This document shows positions 59,093 to 64,000 of a DNA stretch of 64,000 bases, in pieces. This stretch comes from Clostridia bacterium. GTDB lineage: Bacteria; Bacillota; Clostridia; Oscillospirales; CAG-272. Positions within the stretch are counted from its first letter, which is position 1. Each line of letters begins with the position of its first letter. The position numbers and the translations under genes are program-made. The DNA lies in assembly GCA_017517745.1 (NCBI GenBank), contig JAFWYJ010000009.1, forward strand, positions 3,467-67,466. The letters are read 5' to 3'. The notes under the pieces were generated by a model, which searched no databases, was not told the origin of the DNA, and worked only from the letters and a program-made list of their open reading frames with translations.

Positions 59093-59839
59093 TTATCTGC
59101 CGAAAAGATAACGGAAAATATCCTCGGGCAGGAACCAATGACAAAAGAGTCGGTGGGTGGGAACGTAGATCAAATTTGCCAATTTTTCGGCAATCCAATA
59201 AGAGGGCGAAAAGTCAAAGAGGAAGGAGAGTGCGACGAGCGTGATCAGAATACCGTACATGATCTGCCGCTCGTAGCGCATGATCGCGAAGTAATACTTC
59301 GGCGGCAAAAAAGCAAACGCGAGTCGTGAGCCGTCGAAGGGCGGGATCGGGATCAGGTTGAACGCCATCAGCATGAAGTTGATGAGTGCGCTGATCAACG
59401 AGATCTCCTTCAGCCAATAGACGCAATTGAGCAAAAATCCTTGACCGGAGGTGATGGAGATCTCGATATAAAGTGCCGCGAAAAGCGCGCAAAAGATCGT
59501 ACTGAGAACGCCCAACACCAAATTTGCCAACGGACCCGCAACCGCGGTGATCGCCATGCCGCGCTTGGGATTACGAAAATAGCGCGTGTTGATCGGCACG
59601 GGCTTTGCCCAACCGAAGCCCACGAGAAGCATCGTCAGAAAACCGATGGGATCGAGATGCTTGAGCGGGTTGAGCGTCAGTCTTCCCAGATTGTGTGCCG
59701 TCGGATCGCCGCATTTCCACGCCGCGTATCCGTGCGCCACCTCGTGAAAGACCAGCGCGATCAGAATGACGGGGAGTGTCAGGAGGAGCGTGATGACGGT
59801 GTTTCGGAGGCTCCCCCCTTGCAGTAACGATAAGATCAT
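59093..59839 (-). CDS. site-2 protease family (M50) membrane metalloprotease
   Basis: HEVAHG zinc motif in a TM helix. The protein is polytopic and 248 aa. Confidence 0.8.
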   Translation of the reverse strand: MILSLLQGGSLRNTVITLLLTLPVILIALVFHEVAHGYAAWKCGDPTAHNLGRLTLNPLKHLDPIGFLTMLLVGFGWAKPVPINTRYFRNPKRGMAITAVAGPLANLVLGVLSTIFCALFAALYIEISITSGQGFLLNCVYWLKEISLISALINFMLMAFNLIPIPPFDGSRLAFAFLPPKYYFAIMRYERQIMYGILITLVALSFLFDFSPSYWIAEKLANLIYVPTHRLFCHWFLPEDIFRYLFGR

Positions 59840-59860
59840 TTCAAAAATCCTTTCTGTGCA

Positions 59861-60463
59861 TCAAAGCTCGGCAAATTGCAGGATTTCTTTCCAAAGTTCC
59901 TGTTTTCCCAGCGTTTTGAGCGCCGAATAAAAGAGAATCGGTGTGTCGGACGGGATGTCGGGATGACTCCGCAAAAGCTCCTCGGATTTTTTGCGCTCGG
60001 TGGCGTTGAGCTTGTCGCACTTGGTCGCCACCACCACAAAGGGGAGCGAGGACTCGCGCAGGAAGCGAAGCATCATCTCGTCGTCCGCCGTGGGACCGAC
60101 GCGGCTGTCGATCAGCTGTACCACCAGCTTCAAGAGGTCAAGATTGGGATTTTGCGTGAAATATCCGTCGGTCAGCGCCGACCATTTTGCCTTGTCCTCG
60201 GGATTGCGCTTGGCAAAGCCATAGCCTGGAAGGTCGACGAGAAAGAGCTTCTTGTCGACGTCATAGAAGTTGATCGTGATGGTCTTTCCGGGGGAGGAGC
60301 TGACGCGTGCCAGCGATTTTCGTCCGAGAAGCGAGTTGATCAGAGAGCTTTTTCCAACGTTGGAACGACCGGAAAAGGCGACCTGAACCATCGCGTCCCT
60401 CGGGAACTGCCGAGGAAGCCCCGCGCTGATGCGGAGGTTGACGTTGTTGAGATTGAGAGCCAC
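59861..60463 (-). CDS. engB: ribosome-biogenesis GTPase YihA/EngB
   Basis: G1 is GRSNVGKSSLINSL and G3 is DLPGYG. I chose the GTG start at 60463, 8 nt after AAAGGAG and downstream of the lon stop. The 240-aa ORF in the track overextends into lon. Confidence 0.85.
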   Translation of the reverse strand: MALNLNNVNLRISAGLPRQFPRDAMVQVAFSGRSNVGKSSLINSLLGRKSLARVSSSPGKTITINFYDVDKKLFLVDLPGYGFAKRNPEDKAKWSALTDGYFTQNPNLDLLKLVVQLIDSRVGPTADDEMMLRFLRESSLPFVVVATKCDKLNATERKKSEELLRSHPDIPSDTPILFYSALKTLGKQELWKEILQFAEL

Positions 60464-60485
60464 GAAAATGCTCCTTTCTGTTTGA

Positions 60486-62912
60486 TCAATCGGTGAAGCG
60501 CACCCGATTGGACGTGGGTGCGGGGACGTTGACGGGGATGTAGGGCACGGCGGAAGTTTCCTCGGCTTTTTCGGATCTTTCATCGCAGCACGAGGGAACG
60601 AGCGCCAGCTTGAGCACCTCTGCCATCTTGCGGCAGGGGATCAACTCGAGCTTTTCACGCGCCATGGGATCAAGCTCCTCAAGATCACGAAGGTTGTCCG
60701 ACGGGATGAGTACGGTCTTCGCACCCGCCTGATATGCCGCCATCGTCTTTTCCTTGAGACCGCCGATGGCAAGCACGTTGCCGCGCAGACTGATCTCGCC
60801 CGTCATGGCGACACTGCGGCGCACGGCTCTGCCGGTCAGCGCGCTGACCAGTGCCGTCACCATGGTCACACCCGCCGAGGGACCGTCCTTCGGCACTGCT
60901 CCCTCGGGGAAGTGAATGTGAATATCTTTGGTTTTGTAAAAATCGGTGGGAATACCGTATTCCGCGGCGATCGAGCGGACGTAGCTGACCGCAAGACGCG
61001 CGGATTCTTTCATCACGTCGCCCAAAGATCCCGTGGTCTCGATCTTTCCGGTACCCTCAAGCACGGCGACCTCGACCTTGAGCAGCGTACCGCCAAGCTC
61101 GGTGTATGCCAATCCGTTGACGCAGCCGATCTCGTCCTCCTCGGAGACCGATTCGGGCAGAAGCTTGCGCGCGCCGAGATAAGCGGCGACGTCAGCGGTG
61201 TCGATGACGATCTGACGGCGCTCCTCCGCAAGCATTTTTTTGCCTGCCTTACGGCAAAGCGTCGCGATCGTGCGCTCGAGATTACGAACGCCCGCCTCGC
61301 GGGTATAATAATCGATGATTTCGGTCAGCGCGCCGTCGGTGATCTTGAGTGCTCTTCTGGTCAAGCCGTGACGTTTGAGCTGCTTGGGAAGGAGGTGATC
61401 CTTCGCGATCGCCAGCTTTTCGCGCTTGGTGTAGATCGAGAGCTGAATGATCTCCATACGGTCCTGAAGCGGACGCGGGATGTTTTCCAGATTGTTCGCG
61501 GTGGCGAGGAACATGCAGTCGGAGAGATCGAAGGGAAGCTCCACAAAGTGATCGCGGAAGCTCTTGTTTTGCTCTCCGTCCAACACCTCCAGAAGTGCCG
61601 ACGTGGGATCTCCGTGAGAATCGCGCGTCAGCTTATCGATCTCGTCAAGCAGAATGAGCGGATTTTTTACGCCTGCTTGTGTCAGCGCGGTGATGATTCT
61701 GCCGGGCATCGCGCCGATGTAGGTCTTGCGGTGGCCGCGAATGTCAGCCTCGTCACGAACACCGCCGAGCGAGATCCGCACGTATTTGCGGTTCATGGCG
61801 CGTGCGATGGAGGATGCGATCGAGGTTTTGCCCACACCGGGAGGGCCTACCAAGCAGAGGATTTGATTGCGAAGCTCGGGGTTGAGCTGCTTTGCGGCGA
61901 TATATTCGACGATGCGCTCCTTGACCTTTTCCAAGCCGTTGTGGTCAACGTCAAGCACCTTTTGCACGGTGGAAAACTGTACGCGGTCCTTGGTGGTTTT
62001 TGTCCAGGGAATGTCCAGACAGGTGTCCAGATAGTTTGCGATCACGGTTGCTTCCGCCGAGCCAAAGGGGGTTTTTGAGAGACGGTCGAGCTCCTTGCGC
62101 AGCTTTGCCTCCACTTCTTTGGGAAGCTTGGCTTGCTCGATGCGCGCCGAAAATTCCTCCACATCGCCGCCCTCGCCCAGCTCCTCTTGGATCACCTTGA
62201 TCTGCTCGCGCAGATAATATTCACGCTGATTGCGATTCATCCGCGCATTGACACGGCGGCGAATGAGAGCCTCTTCTTCCAGAATTGCCGATTCGTTTTC
62301 GAGAATTTCAAGCAAAAGCTCGGCACGGCGCAAGGGATCGGTACATTCCAAGATCGCCTGCTTGTCGTGGTTGCGGATCAGGACGTTGTAGGCGATGAAG
62401 TCTGCAAGCAGTCCCGGATCGCCAATCAGCCTTGCGGCGTTGATCAGATCGTCGGATTTTGCTGGAAGAAATGCCGCGGTGTTCTCAAGTGCGCGAAGCA
62501 TCTCAAAGACACAAGCCTCTCCGCGCACACCGCCGTTTTCCTTGAGAAGAACGGTCTTGCAGATCAGGTCGGCTTCGGTGTAGGAGGCAGTGCGACGGTA
62601 TTTGATGACGGCGGCACGAACCACGCCCTCGGCAATGATGCGCGTCTGTCCTTCGGGGGTGCGGAACATCTGCTTGATCTTCGCCACCGTACCCGCGCGG
62701 TAATAGGGAAATATCTCCTCGGAGTCGTTGGCGGTCTCGTTATAGGAGACCAGGAATATAAATGAATTTCCCGCGCCCGCTGCTTTTGCCGCGTTTGCGG
62801 AATCCTCGTCGCCTGCCTCAAAGTTGACGGTGGCTGCGGGAAATGCAACCGTGCCGCGAAGCGCGATGACGGGAAGTGTGATTTCTTCTGTTTTTTCGAT
62901 ATAAGTGGACAT
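60486..62912 (-). CDS. lon: ATP-dependent Lon protease (LonA)
   Basis: LON N-domain, Walker [10 protein letters not shown], and protease serine motif DGPSAGVTM. 808 aa. Confidence 0.95.
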   Translation of the reverse strand: MSTYIEKTEEITLPVIALRGTVAFPAATVNFEAGDEDSANAAKAAGAGNSFIFLVSYNETANDSEEIFPYYRAGTVAKIKQMFRTPEGQTRIIAEGVVRAAVIKYRRTASYTEADLICKTVLLKENGGVRGEACVFEMLRALENTAAFLPAKSDDLINAARLIGDPGLLADFIAYNVLIRNHDKQAILECTDPLRRAELLLEILENESAILEEEALIRRRVNARMNRNQREYYLREQIKVIQEELGEGGDVEEFSARIEQAKLPKEVEAKLRKELDRLSKTPFGSAEATVIANYLDTCLDIPWTKTTKDRVQFSTVQKVLDVDHNGLEKVKERIVEYIAAKQLNPELRNQILCLVGPPGVGKTSIASSIARAMNRKYVRISLGGVRDEADIRGHRKTYIGAMPGRIITALTQAGVKNPLILLDEIDKLTRDSHGDPTSALLEVLDGEQNKSFRDHFVELPFDLSDCMFLATANNLENIPRPLQDRMEIIQLSIYTKREKLAIAKDHLLPKQLKRHGLTRRALKITDGALTEIIDYYTREAGVRNLERTIATLCRKAGKKMLAEERRQIVIDTADVAAYLGARKLLPESVSEEDEIGCVNGLAYTELGGTLLKVEVAVLEGTGKIETTGSLGDVMKESARLAVSYVRSIAAEYGIPTDFYKTKDIHIHFPEGAVPKDGPSAGVTMVTALVSALTGRAVRRSVAMTGEISLRGNVLAIGGLKEKTMAAYQAGAKTVLIPSDNLRDLEELDPMAREKLELIPCRKMAEVLKLALVPSCCDERSEKAEETSAVPYIPVNVPAPTSNRVRFTD

Positions 62913-63172
62913 GATAGAATCCTTTCGGGAAAACGCTTGTTCTAAAAAATTGCATTGATATTATATTATAGCACAATTTTCAGAGGATTTCCATAGGTTT
63001 TCGAAAAAAACTTGCATCGAGAACAAATCTTTTTTGCGCAAAAAAACAAATTTTTTGGCGAGGGGTTATTTACTTATAAAAAAATTTGTGTTATACTATT
63101 CTCACAAGGCTGATTTGTGAGAAAAAATGCGCTCGCGACCGCGCCTTCAAATCTGAAACGACGGAGTGACTT

Positions 63173-64000
63173 ATGCAATCCCAACCCTTTCTTCTCAAAA
63201 GTGAATACACCCCAACGGGAGATCAGCCTGCCGCCATCGCACAGCTCGTAGAGGGCATCGAGGCGGGCGAGCGGATGCAGACGCTACTCGGAGTCACCGG
63301 CTCGGGCAAGACCTTCACCATGGCGAACGTGATTGCCGCGGTCAACCGTCCGACCTTGATTTTGGAGCCGAATAAAACGTTGGCGGCACAGGTCTGTTCC
63401 GAAATGCGCGAGTTTTTCCCCGACGCCGCAGTCGAATATTTCGTGTCTTATTATGACTATTACCAGCCCGAGGCGTATATTCCCGGAAAGGATATGTATA
63501 TCGAGAAGGATGCGCTGATCAACGAGGAGATCGACCGCCTTCGCCACAGTGCCACGAGCGCGTTGTTCGAGCGGCGCGACGTCATCATCGTGGCTTCGGT
63601 GTCCTGCATCTATTCCTTGGGAGATCCGAGCGAATATCAGGGCTTGGTGCTTGCCATCCGTCCCGGCTCGCAGATGAGCCGCGACATCTTCATCCGCAAG
63701 CTGGTGGCGAACAGTTACAACCGAAACGACATGTCCCTGGTCCGAGATTGCTTCCGTGTCAACGGTGACACCGTGGAGATCATTCCCGCAAACATGAACG
63801 ACAGCGCGCTTCGCGTCGAGTTTTTCGGCGACGAGATCGATCGGATTTCCGAGATCAACATCGTGACGGGAGAATTGAAAAGAGTTTTGAGCTACGCCGC
63901 GATCTATCCCGCCACTCACTATGCCGTCTCCGATGAAAAACGGGAGCAGGCACTTGCCCAAATCGAGCGTGAAATGGTGGAACGCGCTCTTTATTTCGAA
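63173..64000 (+). CDS. uvrB: excinuclease ABC subunit B (5' part, runs off the window)
   Basis: ATG at 63173 follows GGAG. Sequence is [22 protein letters not shown]...[14 protein letters not shown]...[12 protein letters not shown]. The frame is open to base 64000. Confidence 0.9.
   Translation, partial: MQSQPFLLKSEYTPTGDQPAAIAQLVEGIEAGERMQTLLGVTGSGKTFTMANVIAAVNRPTLILEPNKTLAAQVCSEMREFFPDAAVEYFVSYYDYYQPEAYIPGKDMYIEKDALINEEIDRLRHSATSALFERRDVIIVASVSCIYSLGDPSEYQGLVLAIRPGSQMSRDIFIRKLVANSYNRNDMSLVRDCFRVNGDTVEIIPANMNDSALRVEFFGDEIDRISEINIVTGELKRVLSYAAIYPATHYAVSDEKREQALAQIEREMVERALYFE

Noticed and set aside
60464-60583. Upstream extension of engB (the 240-aa version in the track)
   Set aside because: It overlaps the 3' end of lon and encodes a proline-rich stretch with no homology. 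The GTG at 60463 has a well-spaced AAAGGAG and gives the normal ~200-aa EngB.
63021-63034. Possible SOS (LexA) box GAACAAATCTTT upstream of uvrB, and a similar GAACAAATCG (on the - strand near 42742-42751) upstream of the LexA-like gene
   Set aside because: Only the GAAC half-site matches the Firmicute GAAC-N4-GTTC consensus, and the second half is CTTT or CGTA. The uvrB site lies about 45 nt upstream of the predicted -35 instead of overlapping the promoter. The support is insufficient without a genome-wide motif.
63030-63045. Perfect 16-bp palindrome TTTTTTGCGCAAAAAA between the lon and uvrB promoters
   Set aside because: It is a low-complexity A/T run around GCGC. It could arise by chance in an AT-rich divergent promoter region, and I have no second copy or cognate regulator to support an operator role.

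Overview
This is a 64-kb chromosomal window from a mid-50s %GC, endospore-forming Firmicute of class Clostridia. The family cannot be proven from the sequence alone. I support about 55 protein genes, and most are housekeeping.

Gene content, in order along the window:
- lemA, a rhamnulokinase-like kinase and prs.
- A four-gene glycan-assembly operon.
- PBP1A, a TspO-like gene and nadE.
- A moxR-DUF58-DUF4129 operon.
- An orphan ACP, comEC, dpaAB, spoVB, rubredoxin and polA.
- Two tandem GH20 paralogues and yfcE.
- A citrate synthase (Re-type candidate)-GntR-aconitase-IDH operon.
- GTP-PEPCK, a LexA-like gene, glmM and pstS-CA-B.
- A ZTP-riboswitch-controlled pflBA.
- spo0A, rluB, a DD-carboxypeptidase, ytfJ/ytfI, scpAB, an M50 protease, engB, lon and the 5' part of uvrB.

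I recognised no rRNA, tRNA, CRISPR array, transposase or integrase.

Most interesting observations:
1. A low-GC cassette of about 2.2 kb lies between icd and pck. It is bracketed by roughly 46-bp inverted repeats. Its only gene is an ECF-type sigma factor fused to an uncharacterised soluble C-terminal module of about 380 aa.
2. The PstS phosphate-binding lipoprotein has its conserved motifs in circularly permuted order, and it sits next to a fused PstC-PstA permease.
3. A multi-hairpin palindromic repeat family is present in two copies, and stem changes between the copies are compensatory.
4. A LexA-like protein keeps the DNA-binding domain but lacks the S24 autocleavage machinery.

Gene starts were chosen by eye from RBS spacing. 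All composition and identity figures are rough hand estimates.
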